From Enterobacteria phage KhF3: a stretch of DNA of 64,000 nt. Below the pieces are notes generated by a model, which saw nothing but the letters and a program-made list of their open reading frames with translations, was not told where the DNA came from and searched no databases. Both the position numbers and the translations under genes were made by a program. The stretch lies in the sequence record KT184315.1. One strand, written 5' to 3'. This document shows positions 26,913-37,008 of this stretch, in pieces; position 1 is the stretch's first letter; every line of letters begins with the position of its first letter.

Positions 26913-27698
26913 TTAGTTCTTTGCGTCTAAGAAGGTAACTTCTGGTGAAGAGAAGATTGCCTCGATATCCTCATCAGTTCTTGCATAGATATAAGCTTCT
27001 GCATCACTACCAAATGTTACAGCAATTCTGTGATTGCTCTTTGACAGGTGGGTAACTAGAGCGTTACTTAGAGACATCTTTTCAACCGGAGGGTTACTTT
27101 GATGTATCTTACCTTTTCTTCGTCTGAAGAGGGTAACTGCATTATCCGTGAACACAACTACACCTGCAAAGTATTCTGGTTCACAGTAGTTCTCCCAACC
27201 TGAGCGTAACTTGTGGTACATCTCTCCTTCATAGACATATAGATAAACATCTACACTCTTCATCACCTGATTAATGATAACTGTGACGGCTTGAGGGTCT
27301 AGCCCACCGATACCTGCACCAATCATAGGTAACCCGACTTTCTTCAACTGATTGACTTCACAGTATCTGTTAAGCTGTTTCAAAGATGACTCTAAAGCAC
27401 TGTATCGGGCATCTTTACCAGTCTTAAGCTGAGTGTAAAGGTTAGCTATACGACCTTGTTTTAAACGTGCTACAGAGAAATTACCCAGTAAATTTTCACA
27501 GGGTTTGTGTCCTATACCACCTGCATATAGATAAACTTCTGTATCGGTCTCATATGCTTTTGGGTAAAGTTTAGAAATCTTGTCAGCGATACCTGCACCC
27601 ATTAAATTCATACAGTTGCAACCGTGACCGATGATGTCAAACTTACCTTTATCAAATGCGGCAAAGATATCACCATTGATTATTTTTACAATACCCAT
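26913..27698 (-). CDS. macro domain-containing protein (ADP-ribose binding or hydrolase)
   Basis: N-terminal GDIFAAF ... IGHGCNCMNLMGAGIADKI matches the macro-domain glycine-rich signature. Confidence 0.6.
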   Translation of the reverse strand: MGIVKIINGDIFAAFDKGKFDIIGHGCNCMNLMGAGIADKISKLYPKAYETDTEVYLYAGGIGHKPCENLLGNFSVARLKQGRIANLYTQLKTGKDARYSALESSLKQLNRYCEVNQLKKVGLPMIGAGIGGLDPQAVTVIINQVMKSVDVYLYVYEGEMYHKLRSGWENYCEPEYFAGVVVFTDNAVTLFRRRKGKIHQSNPPVEKMSLSNALVTHLSKSNHRIAVTFGSDAEAYIYARTDEDIEAIFSSPEVTFLDAKN

Positions 27699-27899
27699 TT
27701 AACATCTCTCCCAAGATTCTTTATCTTCTGAAGGTTTTACACGTTGCCCCTCATGGTCTACCCAGATACATCCACAACCTTCACAGATTACTGGCATTGC
27801 ATAACCAGCTTTAAAGTCATCTTCAGTGATAAGACCTTTTAAGTCACCTGTATCACGTCCAAACATTTCTATAGAACAGTCTTTGCAGAAGTCAGCCAT
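27699..27899 (-). CDS. zinc-ribbon small protein
   Basis: CxxC ... CxGC Cys pairs in 66 aa. Confidence 0.45.
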   Translation of the reverse strand: MADFCKDCSIEMFGRDTGDLKGLITEDDFKAGYAMPVICEGCGCIWVDHEGQRVKPSEDKESWERC

Positions 27900-28119
27900 T
27901 GATAATTACCTCTTGAATGATGATACCTTTACCACAACGGCTTTTAAAGTCTTCCAATGGTTGGGAGATGAAGCCACGCAAGCAATCACTAAATACTAAG
28001 TTTTTCCTGTAGGCTATCACATCGTTTGCTGTAAACGGGATGACTTCATTTCTTCCAATGAATACTGCTGACCGGATGAGTTTCCGTGTCTTTTTATCTC
28101 TGGCTAGAATTACTCTCAT
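27892..28119 (-). CDS. hypothetical protein
   Basis: 75-aa ORF. Confidence 0.4.
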   Translation of the reverse strand: MRVILARDKKTRKLIRSAVFIGRNEVIPFTANDVIAYRKNLVFSDCLRGFISQPLEDFKSRCGKGIIIQEVIING

Positions 28120-28420
28120 AATTTACCTTCTCAGTTAGCTCATATAAATCAACATGCTCAATACTATCAATGTTGATATCAATCTTTTTGAAGCGTTCTA
28201 TCACTTCGTTGTCAGTCATCCATATCAGACACCAATGATTCTGAATGGATTCTTCAAGAAGGTCAACACAATCTTTAAAAGTTTTTGTATCACTTCTTGT
28301 TCCAACTACTGCGATTGTTCCATATAGCCACCCACCATTGCCATAAGATACTTGCGCTACGCCAACTTCTTTACCTTTCTCGTAGTAAACGGCGACAAAG
28401 TCTCTTCCATTAATCTGCAT
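28094..28420 (-). CDS. hypothetical protein
   Basis: 108-aa ORF. Confidence 0.45.
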   Translation of the reverse strand: MQINGRDFVAVYYEKGKEVGVAQVSYGNGGWLYGTIAVVGTRSDTKTFKDCVDLLEESIQNHWCLIWMTDNEVIERFKKIDINIDSIEHVDLYELTEKVNYESNSSQR

Positions 28421-28422
28421 AG

Positions 28423-28695
28423 TTACTTCCTCGTTTTGAGAACTGCTAAGATTTCTTTAGAGTCTGGTAAGAACCATGTGTAGTGATTCTCTTTGATTTC
28501 TGGATGAGTGTCAACCTTTATTTTGCACTCTTTACCAACATGCTTAAGCTGTGCTGTGATACCTTGCATAAAGATGTGACACATTACATTATCCATAATC
28601 GTAGGTAAGAAATCAATCCTCATGTAAGTATCTTTCGGTCTCGGTAGAAGTAAGTAACCTTCTGTGTAGAAAGTTTCATCATTACTTTGTGTCAT
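28423..28695 (-). CDS. hypothetical protein
   Basis: 90-aa ORF. Confidence 0.45.
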   Translation of the reverse strand: MTQSNDETFYTEGYLLLPRPKDTYMRIDFLPTIMDNVMCHIFMQGITAQLKHVGKECKIKVDTHPEIKENHYTWFLPDSKEILAVLKTRK

Positions 28696-28961
28696 TACTG
28701 CTTATTCCCTAATAAAATCATATCAATAAGGTTATTAGCTTTGATTGTGCACTGGTAAAATCCATCACGATAGAACTCAAGGGCTGCTGCCACATCACTA
28801 CCAGTATTACCTTTGATAGTAAATCTTGAATCTTCTTGAGTGTACTTATCACCCTCACTTACTTGGGAGTTTTTGAATGTACTGTTCACTTTGTTCGTTG
28901 AACACCCTGACATAATTATCAGTAACACAAACATTATAAAACTCTGGCTTAGTTTTTTCAT
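28695..28961 (-). CDS. putative o-spanin (outer-membrane lipoprotein)
   Basis: Signal peptide with lipobox IMSGC; start embedded in upstream gene in another frame. Confidence 0.55.
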   Translation of the reverse strand: MKKLSQSFIMFVLLIIMSGCSTNKVNSTFKNSQVSEGDKYTQEDSRFTIKGNTGSDVAAALEFYRDGFYQCTIKANNLIDMILLGNKQ

Positions 28962-29202
28962 ACGTTAGTACCTCTTTTGTGTGCTTATTCTTAGCAAGCA
29001 CATCTTTCAAATCATTTTTGTAATTGGTGCTGAGTGTGGCTAAACCTTCCTGATAAGCATCTTTGGCAACACTTATTAGTTTCTCATTATTTAGCTCAGT
29101 TTCAGCAACTTGGTAGTCTCTGTAAGAGTATCCTCCCCAGACACCTGTCCCAACTAAGAAAACAATTATGAAAGTAGCTTGACAGAACTCTTTAAATGTC
29201 AT
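28855..29202 (-). CDS. putative i-spanin
   Basis: N-terminal transmembrane helix then helical periplasmic domain; overlaps o-spanin by about 107 nt. Confidence 0.55.
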   Translation of the reverse strand: MTFKEFCQATFIIVFLVGTGVWGGYSYRDYQVAETELNNEKLISVAKDAYQEGLATLSTNYKNDLKDVLAKNKHTKEVLTYEKTKPEFYNVCVTDNYVRVFNEQSEQYIQKLPSK

Positions 29203-29221
29203 TTAACAATCTCCTGAAATG

Positions 29222-29242
29222 AAAAAGGCTCCCGAAGGAGCC
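29222..29242 (-). terminator. rho-independent terminator
   Basis: Minus-sense GGCTCC-TTCG-GGAGCC followed by T5. Confidence 0.7.
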
Positions 29243-29254
29243 TGTATCTTAACC

Positions 29255-29719
29255 TTAACCGAGGACTTTAGCAAGGATATTCGCAGCCATCGAAGAAGCT
29301 TTTGCAGCAGCAACTACGCCAGCTTTGACAGTGCTATCCTTAATAGCAGATACCGTTGCAGCATCAGTAAAGAGATAAGTGATTGTTTTGGAACCACTTG
29401 TAAAGGAAAGCATAAGGGTAGTTTCCAGATTGAAAGAGCGATACGGAGCACCTTCTTTAACGATACCTTCAGCACCTAACTCTGAAGCCTTACCCATATC
29501 ATAGATAGTCATCAGGTTTTCTTTGTGTGCAGTCGTTGAACCAACACCTTTTACGTGCTTCTTAACGTTCAACAATGCACGATATTCACGAATGCTGCCA
29601 TCAGCTTTTACATTAACAGCACGGAAAATTTTACCTTCAAAGTTACCTTGAATCATTTTACGAACTACTTCAGATTTGTTTGCCGTATCGTCCAGTGCTA
29701 CCGTAATGATATTGTTCAT
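29255..29719 (-). CDS. hypothetical protein
   Basis: 154-aa ORF followed by terminator. Confidence 0.5.
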   Translation of the reverse strand: MNNIITVALDDTANKSEVVRKMIQGNFEGKIFRAVNVKADGSIREYRALLNVKKHVKGVGSTTAHKENLMTIYDMGKASELGAEGIVKEGAPYRSFNLETTLMLSFTSGSKTITYLFTDAATVSAIKDSTVKAGVVAAAKASSMAANILAKVLG

Positions 29720-29729
29720 AAGTTTTCTC

Positions 29730-30425
29730 TCAATGTTTAACTAACATGGTTTTAATGTGTGGAAGGATTCTGTTCACCTTCTGCACATTCTTCTCTGTAT
29801 CTTCTATAAAACATACTATATTAAAGTAAGGAAGAATGCAAGACTGAATCATCCTCACTTTCAAACTTTCTGCATTTATAGAGTTAGTTCCAAAACCACG
29901 CATAAAAAGCATGTAATCATGCTCTATGTAATGCCTTAAAAACATCTCAGTAGGGATTCTCTGAGATTCACCTCTAGCTGTCAAGAGTCCAATGGCAGCA
30001 TGATTAGCAATTGCATCAATGATATTGAAAACATACGTCGGCTTTGCACTTACAGAGTCAAGCAAATTAGTGTACTGTGAAAATGACCCATCAATCAATT
30101 CCGTTGAGTAATCTTCGTGATTAAAATTTGTAAGAACACCATCAATGTCTGCTAAGATAAGGTTACCTTTTTCTACAAGGTCTTTATTGACTATGACTAA
30201 GCTGTCACGCCTTACACCTACAGTTTGTCCAGTCTCTTTGTCCACAACGCTCACAATTGGTTCTGATGTGTGGAACTCTTCAAGTGAACATACAACTTCT
30301 CTTGCAGTATCTTCAAAATCCCTGCACTGTTCTGGAGTCCATACACAGGAATCAAGACCTAACTCATGAGGGTGCAAGTCGTAAGCATGGCACAGTACTT
30401 CATCAGACTTTCTTAATTTTTTCAT
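29730..30425 (-). CDS. HAD-like hydrolase or phosphatase
   Basis: DxDG motif (LILADIDGVL) in C-terminal half. Confidence 0.5.
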   Translation of the reverse strand: MKKLRKSDEVLCHAYDLHPHELGLDSCVWTPEQCRDFEDTAREVVCSLEEFHTSEPIVSVVDKETGQTVGVRRDSLVIVNKDLVEKGNLILADIDGVLTNFNHEDYSTELIDGSFSQYTNLLDSVSAKPTYVFNIIDAIANHAAIGLLTARGESQRIPTEMFLRHYIEHDYMLFMRGFGTNSINAESLKVRMIQSCILPYFNIVCFIEDTEKNVQKVNRILPHIKTMLVKH

Positions 30426-30951
30426 GGTTTACCTTAGAAATGTTTGTTGCAAATTCACATTGAGCAATAACTTTCATGTTGTTATAGACATCTTGAGAAT
30501 ATTTCTTAGCTTTAGGGATTTTGTACGAATACCCAGCATTATATGATGCTAAAACTTTTTGTAAAGTCTTCTTTGACTTTGGCTGACCATGCACCTTTGT
30601 CCAAAACTCAAGCTCTTTATGTGTTTCTTTAGCGGCATAATCAAAATCTTTTAAGAGTTTCTTTTTAGCAACATTAGGACTAATTTTGTTACGCTTTACA
30701 ACAGTCTTCAAGTGATTCTGGAAGATACCATAGTCATGGGTCTTTTTATTTTCTACCTTCAGACCTAACTCTGACTCTTGTAAGGCTATAGCTGCTAGAG
30801 TGATACCCCAACCTTTACCCATGTTATTCTCACCATACTGGTAAGCTTTTAACATGTTCACTTTTTGGCTAATTGATAGCTCTGGGCAGTCAACTGCATA
30901 AGATAAGTGTGCTGTAAACATTAAGCACAAACCTAGAATCAATTTCTTCAT
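30403..30951 (-). CDS. secreted lytic transglycosylase-like protein
   Basis: Signal peptide; ES..., GIFQ and YNAG motifs typical of SLT domains. Confidence 0.55.
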   Translation of the reverse strand: MKKLILGLCLMFTAHLSYAVDCPELSISQKVNMLKAYQYGENNMGKGWGITLAAIALQESELGLKVENKKTHDYGIFQNHLKTVVKRNKISPNVAKKKLLKDFDYAAKETHKELEFWTKVHGQPKSKKTLQKVLASYNAGYSYKIPKAKKYSQDVYNNMKVIAQCEFATNISKVNHEKIKKV

Positions 30952-31010
30952 TGGTTCTCCTGTTTAGTTTATCGTGACAACAATTATACAGCACTCTGCA
31001 CAAAATACAA

Positions 31011-31038
31011 ATAAAAAAGGCCGCCGAAGCAGCCTTTT
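31011..31038 (-). terminator. rho-independent terminator
   Basis: Minus-sense 8-bp stem with TTCG loop followed by TTTTTT. Confidence 0.65.
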
Positions 31039-31051
31039 AAGAAATTACTTA

Positions 31052-32161
31052 TTAGATTTCACGTTTACGTTGAGAGATGAGTTCACCAGCAGTGCCAACG
31101 ATGACATGCAAAGCTTCAGTCTTACCGTCCCATGCTTCCAGCACTTTACGTTGATTATCAACGATTGCTGCAACTTCATAACGAGAGGAACGCATCTTCA
31201 TATCGTTGTAATCAGTTGGAACAGATACAACATCTCGTGGATGTACGCGAACCTTCAGGATTGTATCACCTGAGAAGCAACGAACATAATCCCAAGCACC
31301 AACATGAAGACCTTGAGAGCAAGTTACGTTACGGTTATTATCAACCATCCAACGTGGCATTTCTACAATGTTACCCAAATCATTAGGCACTTTGTAGGTG
31401 TGAGAGTCAACCAGCTTGCCTTCACGAGTAGAGACTTTCTTCCAACCAATGATGTAGCCTTCTTCATCAATTTCAACATCAAGGTGAGATACAAATCCCC
31501 AAAGTTGTTCTACAGAATCTTTAGATGGGTTTTCCATCAGTTTTTCGAAGAACATTACAAGTCGTTCAAAACCTTTATCGCCAGTTTTCATCATGTGAAG
31601 AATACGGTCAACCAGAGTAGAACGCATCTCAACAGTACCGTAGAATAGCTTGTCACCTTTGATTGTGATAGTACCCTGAGTGAAGTTTTCGATAGACTTA
31701 CGAATGTTCATCAGTTCAAATGCTTTCTTGAACTCACCTTTCACAACATGAACTACAATCTCTTGATAGTTCGGATGAGTAGACTCAACAATTTCAGATT
31801 CTGAACCATAAGTCATAATTACAGAATCACCAGTAATCATGTACTCAATCTTGTCATCTTTCTGCATAGCTTCGTGCAGTTTATTTACTGGAGCTTTCTG
31901 TACAGTGTCTTTAACGACATTTTCAACTGGTTTGCCAGCTTTCTTTTTAAAAGTCTTAGCAACTTGCTTCAAAGTCTTCGTAGCTGGTGTAGAAGTTGCC
32001 TTTTTATTCCCTTTTAGGGTTGCTTCATGACGCTCTACAGCACGACCAACTGAACGGGTTGAAGTGTTAAATTTCTGTGCAATAGCTGTTTTGGTCAGCT
32101 TACCTTCTTTTACCAGTTTGTAAATTTCTGCGTCAATCTGTGCTTTAGTTTTAGTAGTCAT
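31052..32161 (-). CDS. rIIB-like protein
   Basis: 369-aa ORF immediately downstream of rIIA-like gene; N-terminal helix-turn-helix-like segment; assignment by synteny. Confidence 0.45.
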   Translation of the reverse strand: MTTKTKAQIDAEIYKLVKEGKLTKTAIAQKFNTSTRSVGRAVERHEATLKGNKKATSTPATKTLKQVAKTFKKKAGKPVENVVKDTVQKAPVNKLHEAMQKDDKIEYMITGDSVIMTYGSESEIVESTHPNYQEIVVHVVKGEFKKAFELMNIRKSIENFTQGTITIKGDKLFYGTVEMRSTLVDRILHMMKTGDKGFERLVMFFEKLMENPSKDSVEQLWGFVSHLDVEIDEEGYIIGWKKVSTREGKLVDSHTYKVPNDLGNIVEMPRWMVDNNRNVTCSQGLHVGAWDYVRCFSGDTILKVRVHPRDVVSVPTDYNDMKMRSSRYEVAAIVDNQRKVLEAWDGKTEALHVIVGTAGELISQRKREI

Positions 32162-32240
32162 CTTATTACTCTCTCTTGTTAGTTAATCAATCAATTTGTG
32201 AGGCTATTCTAAGGGGCTTCAAAGCCCCTTGTCAAACACT

Positions 32241-34607
32241 TTAATCGTAAATTGTTGTACCTTCTGGAACACATTTCACATCAAAGCCTAAAAACTTACT
32301 CACTTCGATAGGTGATACTTTATTCCAATCTAAGTGTGAAAGCAAGAAGTTTTCTTGTTTTCTTTTTGAAAGATAGTTTGTCAGCTTGATAACCATGCGG
32401 TCACCTGCTTTCTTAATCTTTTTGTACAGTTTTGTGTCATTATCAAGGCATGACTTCAAATCCTGAAGAACACTGATAGTGTAAGTGTATGCAAACGGTG
32501 CAGCCACATACTGAATCTTACCAAACATTGCCTCAACAGCATCTTCATTCCCTTCTAAGAAGATTGTCTTAATAGTATCCCTTGAATAACAATACCCGCG
32601 AGAAATCTTCCTGTTATTAAACGTAAAGTTTCTGGCAATAATCCAACTGCTTGTAAGGTCAAGGACACCATTCATATAGATACGTGTCATATATCTGTTA
32701 TGGTTAATCCAGTGAACATCAGTTAAGCTGTCGTTCAAGAGTTTCTCATCTACTTCAATCCAATCTTCTGGTATCTTTTTCCAATTTGCTTTTCGGAAAA
32801 CATAGACTGTCTTACCTGTAACATTAGCAACTGACTTAGCTACATCTTCTGGAGATGAGCAAAAACATCTACCATCAACTGTGTCGCCTACTGCCTTAAT
32901 ATAAAGCTGAGGTTCTTCAATTGTGTCTAAGTCCTCTGACACCTCTTTGTAGGAGGCTACACCTTCTGCTGGAACAGCTTTCCAGAGTTTTACAACACCT
33001 CTTACAGCTTCTTTACGCTGGTAATGGTGTTCCTTATCAGACATTTTCACAATCTTTAACAAGCTTTTATCAAGTTTGTGCAGATTGATTAAGTCATCTA
33101 ACTCTTTTTCAGTCGAGAATACAAAGACAATACCATTGTATCTGTGAAACAGACTTGACTCACTGGCATAGTCTCGACATGCACCACGCAAGATTTGGTT
33201 GCGTCCTACAGTCTTCTCAGTACCATTTTTATTGCGACGGTCATTTATAACAAACAAAAACTGTTCAATTTGGCTTTTACGCATTGCGCCAAAGATATTG
33301 AACATACTTGCCTCTTGAGTGTAGGAAAGTGCTGTTGCACGAATCTTACTCTCTAAAGAGTTGAACTTGACATAAGCAACTGGGTCATAAAGATAATCTA
33401 CTTTAGGGATGTTGTTTCCGTTCCTATCAACCTTAATATTACCTTTACCGTCACGTTCATAAATGACTGAGCCGTCTTCTGCGTAGATAATTCCACGACG
33501 AATGTTTAGTAATTCTTCTTCCAGAGAATCAAGCTTAACGCCTCCCCACTCTAACTTTGGACACACAGCATTAAACATCTCTCGTGAGTTCAAACGTAAC
33601 TCAGCATAAGCCTGTGCAGCATCCATGAGTGTAGGTTGACTGTTAACTTTCTTGATAACATCCTTTGTAATTGCTTCAGTTATCTTTTTAGTAGCCTCAA
33701 TGATAACATTTTTTGTCGTGTCATTCATCTGCAATGCTTCACGAGAAGCTGCAATAGCGACTGAACCAATAGGCATGTAGATGTTTACAAGGTCTACGCT
33801 CCTACGGAAAAATTCTGGCAATACTTTGAAGAAATTATCACCAAGTAATGCTTCCATGTTAACAGGGTAGGCAATGTTACCCATCACCACATTAAACTCT
33901 GTCCTGTTATCACTAGAACGCCAGCTGTGCTTATGAATCATGGCATCATAAACACCTTCTTCACGGGCAATGACGTTCATATCTGCTAATACATCGTCGT
34001 ACTCAATATTACTTTCTGGTTTTACAGTGAAGTATGAGTACACATTCCCAGCTTCTTCAAAGAACTTTGAGATACGGTGGTCAGCAACCGCCACACGTAC
34101 AGCTAAACCATTAGGTTCTTTTGTTGGGTTAGTTGTCAGCTTAGTTACTTGAGGGATACCATTCTCAAGATAAACAGAGTACTTATTAACAACACCATCA
34201 ACATAGCTAGATACTGTGAATGACTGAGCAATTGCAAATGGTGACTTTGAGCCGATACCCATTGCACCAATGTAGTCATTAGAGTCATTCTTCGTAGAAG
34301 CTCCATAGTTTAGGTACAAACTCATAACTTTATCATGAGTCAATCCAGTTCCAAAATCACGAACTTCGAAGTAAGGCTCAAAACGAGTAGGTAAATGCAC
34401 ATGGAATGGGATGTTCTCTTTTCCAGCTTCTTTCTGAGCATCTACTGCGTTACATGACAGTTCACGAATCACTGCCCTTTCTTTAAAGGTATATACACCA
34501 GAACTCAAAAGGCTGAACATCTCAGGTGTCATTGTAATCTGTGCTTGAGACGTCTCTAAAGAAGTTGAACTCTTAATCACTTCTGCGTGGTCATTTACCA
34601 TGCGCAT
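32241..34607 (-). CDS. rIIA-like protein with GHKL ATPase domain
   Basis: N-terminal NAVDA, DFGTG and GAMGIGSKSPF motifs; about 790 aa. Confidence 0.65.
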   Translation of the reverse strand: MRMVNDHAEVIKSSTSLETSQAQITMTPEMFSLLSSGVYTFKERAVIRELSCNAVDAQKEAGKENIPFHVHLPTRFEPYFEVRDFGTGLTHDKVMSLYLNYGASTKNDSNDYIGAMGIGSKSPFAIAQSFTVSSYVDGVVNKYSVYLENGIPQVTKLTTNPTKEPNGLAVRVAVADHRISKFFEEAGNVYSYFTVKPESNIEYDDVLADMNVIAREEGVYDAMIHKHSWRSSDNRTEFNVVMGNIAYPVNMEALLGDNFFKVLPEFFRRSVDLVNIYMPIGSVAIAASREALQMNDTTKNVIIEATKKITEAITKDVIKKVNSQPTLMDAAQAYAELRLNSREMFNAVCPKLEWGGVKLDSLEEELLNIRRGIIYAEDGSVIYERDGKGNIKVDRNGNNIPKVDYLYDPVAYVKFNSLESKIRATALSYTQEASMFNIFGAMRKSQIEQFLFVINDRRNKNGTEKTVGRNQILRGACRDYASESSLFHRYNGIVFVFSTEKELDDLINLHKLDKSLLKIVKMSDKEHHYQRKEAVRGVVKLWKAVPAEGVASYKEVSEDLDTIEEPQLYIKAVGDTVDGRCFCSSPEDVAKSVANVTGKTVYVFRKANWKKIPEDWIEVDEKLLNDSLTDVHWINHNRYMTRIYMNGVLDLTSSWIIARNFTFNNRKISRGYCYSRDTIKTIFLEGNEDAVEAMFGKIQYVAAPFAYTYTISVLQDLKSCLDNDTKLYKKIKKAGDRMVIKLTNYLSKRKQENFLLSHLDWNKVSPIEVSKFLGFDVKCVPEGTTIYD

Positions 34608-34635
34608 AATACTTTCCTCTTAGTTTACTGTTAAA

Positions 34636-34812
34636 TTACTTATTAAACATTTTACCAGAACCACCACAAATAGGGCAACAACCTGCTCTTGTATACCCTT
34701 CTCCGTTACAGTAGTCACACTTTTTGTGTTCTGCAAAGTACTTACAAAGAAGGCAAACAAATATTGCTACACTACCAAGTGACAGTAAAATTTCTATCCA
34801 ATATGCTTGCAT
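34636..34812 (-). CDS. small membrane protein with zinc ribbon (58 aa, not in ORF track)
   Basis: ATG 34810-34812 with GAGGTGA RBS; hydrophobic helix then CDYC ... CPICGGSG. Confidence 0.45.
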   Translation of the reverse strand: MQAYWIEILLSLGSVAIFVCLLCKYFAEHKKCDYCNGEGYTRAGCCPICGGSGKMFNK

Positions 34813-35129
34813 GACTCACCTCTCATGTTTTTGTAAAGGATAAAGCTTCTGTCATGAACGATACTTGTAGATACTGCAAAGTTACTTTCAAGCATCTGTT
34901 TGTTTGGATTGTAGAAGCTTTTTTTAAACTCGTCAAGCGCAAACTGGTGATGTTGTGGAAGACCTTTTACACAAACCTTTATTGTGATTGCTGCTGCAAC
35001 CTTTCCAGTCAGTTCTTCTTTAGCTGCTACTAAAATTTTGTTGAGGAACTTATGACCATCTTCAGTCTTCTTGATGTTCTCCCAACGTTCTTCTAAGACA
35101 ATGTTGATGTTCATTTCTTTGATTTTCAT
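34794..35129 (-). CDS. hypothetical protein
   Basis: 111-aa ORF. Confidence 0.45.
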   Translation of the reverse strand: MKIKEMNINIVLEERWENIKKTEDGHKFLNKILVAAKEELTGKVAAAITIKVCVKGLPQHHQFALDEFKKSFYNPNKQMLESNFAVSTSIVHDRSFILYKNMRGESCKHIG

Positions 35130-35145
35130 AGTTTCTCCAGAAATT

Positions 35146-35166
35146 AAAAAGGCTCCCGTAGGAGCC
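35146..35166 (-). terminator. rho-independent terminator
   Basis: Minus-sense GGCTCC-TACG-GGAGCC followed by T5. Confidence 0.7.
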
Positions 35167-35181
35167 TCTTATCATATACTT

Positions 35182-36963
35182 TTAAAGCTGCTTGTCAATA
35201 TTATTTCGAATATCACCAAGCGTTGTGTAACCGAACTGCTCAGAGTCGCTAAAGACTAAACGTAAAGCACAAGCTGGATGTTCAAGTACATCTGCAAAGC
35301 TCTGGAATCCATAGCCATCTACAGCTTTCAACTTATCACCATCCCACATAGGTGCTACACCACCAAAAGCAGACTTCTTAACACCACTATCTGTTTTAGG
35401 GTCTTTTGCAAGCATAATCTCTTTACCACCAATGCTTGCAAGAGTTGCTTTAACAGCAAATGCAAAGGTGTCACGAGTCATGTACTGGTAAGTGTAAGAG
35501 CCTACGCCAAACACTACGTTAGAGCTTGCAAAACCCATTTCATACAGACGCTTCAGGATTTCGTTTGCACGTTCCAGCGTGATAGAGTCGCCATAGATAA
35601 GGCCAATGTGCTCATCCAGTACCTTAAAACCTTTAGAGTTAATAGTTCCTCCAAAGATGTTGTACAGTGTCTTAATAGCTCCATCAATCTCAGCTACAGG
35701 ACGTGTTACAACGTTTGCAGAACCAACCATATAAGCGTTTTTCAACAGCACTGTATCAGCAACTTCAAAGTCTTCTCTGTCAACAACCATTTCGTAGCCT
35801 TCTGACAGTAGCCATCCAGCAATACCATAATTGATGTTTTCAAGCTTCATGTTCAGAACAGCATTCAACATTGTGTCGCTGGCTTCCAGCTTGCTAAGGT
35901 GCTCATAATAAGCCTTTTTAGCACATTCTAAGTGGATTGCTTTATAACCTGTGACAATATGTACAGGGTCTCCAGAGTCAGGGCGAATTACCAGTTTACC
36001 GTCACGTTCCATAATTTCTTTACGAAGTGCTGGTAAGATTTCTGACACAGTTCTCCAGAAGTTATAAGTATCTGAAACAATGCTTGCAATACCTGTTGGG
36101 TAAGTTTCTGTTAAGAAACGACGGAAGGTTTGTAACTCACCTTTAAAGCGTCTTTCTTCTTCAACCAACTCATTACCACCTTCCCAAGCAATGTTTGCAC
36201 ACATTACAGAGTGCTCAGTGGCTGGTACAGAACTACCAATATCAGAGATTGGGTAGGACTGTCCATAGATTCGTTTAGCCGTGTATACAGCAGGGAAGCT
36301 ATCAGTCCCTTTAAAGCTGGTTAAGTGACCTACAGCGTTAAATGCGTCATCAGTAAAGCCGGACATACCACGCATAGCAAAATCATGGCACTGATAAGGT
36401 AAATGTAAGTCATTGTCACAAGTAAGGTCAGCCCACTTCTTACAGATGCGTTTGTAATGCAATGCAATAGTTGCAATGGTGCAAGCCTTCCAAATTTCAG
36501 CAGAGAAAGCATCTTCCAGATAACCTGCTACCCAATGAAAACCTGAAACAGTGTTCTGAAAGACAATCATCGGGACACGCATTGGAACAACTGTGCCTTC
36601 TTCTACAGCGTATACTTCAACTGGTAGATAACCTAAGTCGTGAAGTGCTTCCCAATGCTCTCGACCGATAGCATCTTTACCCAGAACACCATTCATGACT
36701 TCTAAGATTTCATCAATGGCTTCTTTTTTATCACGTTCAAAGAAAGTGGCATTCCAGTGGTCTATCAAGTAATCTTTAACAAAACGTTGAATACCAAAAG
36801 CCACTACACCGTCAATTGCTAAGGGGCTGTTAAACCATTTGTCGCTACGTGGTGTCAGATTGAACATCAAGTACTCTGTTGCGCTAGGATACTGGTAAAC
36901 ATGACCAGATTTGTAAGCATCTGCATTTAAACCTGCTGGTACTGCATAAAGTGATTTAGTCAT
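35182..36963 (-). CDS. nicotinamide phosphoribosyltransferase family protein (NAMPT-like)
   Basis: 593-aa ORF; N-terminal DAYKSGH and later SDTYN segments resemble the NAMPT/NAPRTase family. Confidence 0.6.
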   Translation of the reverse strand: MTKSLYAVPAGLNADAYKSGHVYQYPSATEYLMFNLTPRSDKWFNSPLAIDGVVAFGIQRFVKDYLIDHWNATFFERDKKEAIDEILEVMNGVLGKDAIGREHWEALHDLGYLPVEVYAVEEGTVVPMRVPMIVFQNTVSGFHWVAGYLEDAFSAEIWKACTIATIALHYKRICKKWADLTCDNDLHLPYQCHDFAMRGMSGFTDDAFNAVGHLTSFKGTDSFPAVYTAKRIYGQSYPISDIGSSVPATEHSVMCANIAWEGGNELVEEERRFKGELQTFRRFLTETYPTGIASIVSDTYNFWRTVSEILPALRKEIMERDGKLVIRPDSGDPVHIVTGYKAIHLECAKKAYYEHLSKLEASDTMLNAVLNMKLENINYGIAGWLLSEGYEMVVDREDFEVADTVLLKNAYMVGSANVVTRPVAEIDGAIKTLYNIFGGTINSKGFKVLDEHIGLIYGDSITLERANEILKRLYEMGFASSNVVFGVGSYTYQYMTRDTFAFAVKATLASIGGKEIMLAKDPKTDSGVKKSAFGGVAPMWDGDKLKAVDGYGFQSFADVLEHPACALRLVFSDSEQFGYTTLGDIRNNIDKQL

Positions 36964-37008
36964 CTCTTAATCTCTCTCAAAATGGGGCTTGGAAGCCCCT
37001 ATAAAGTT

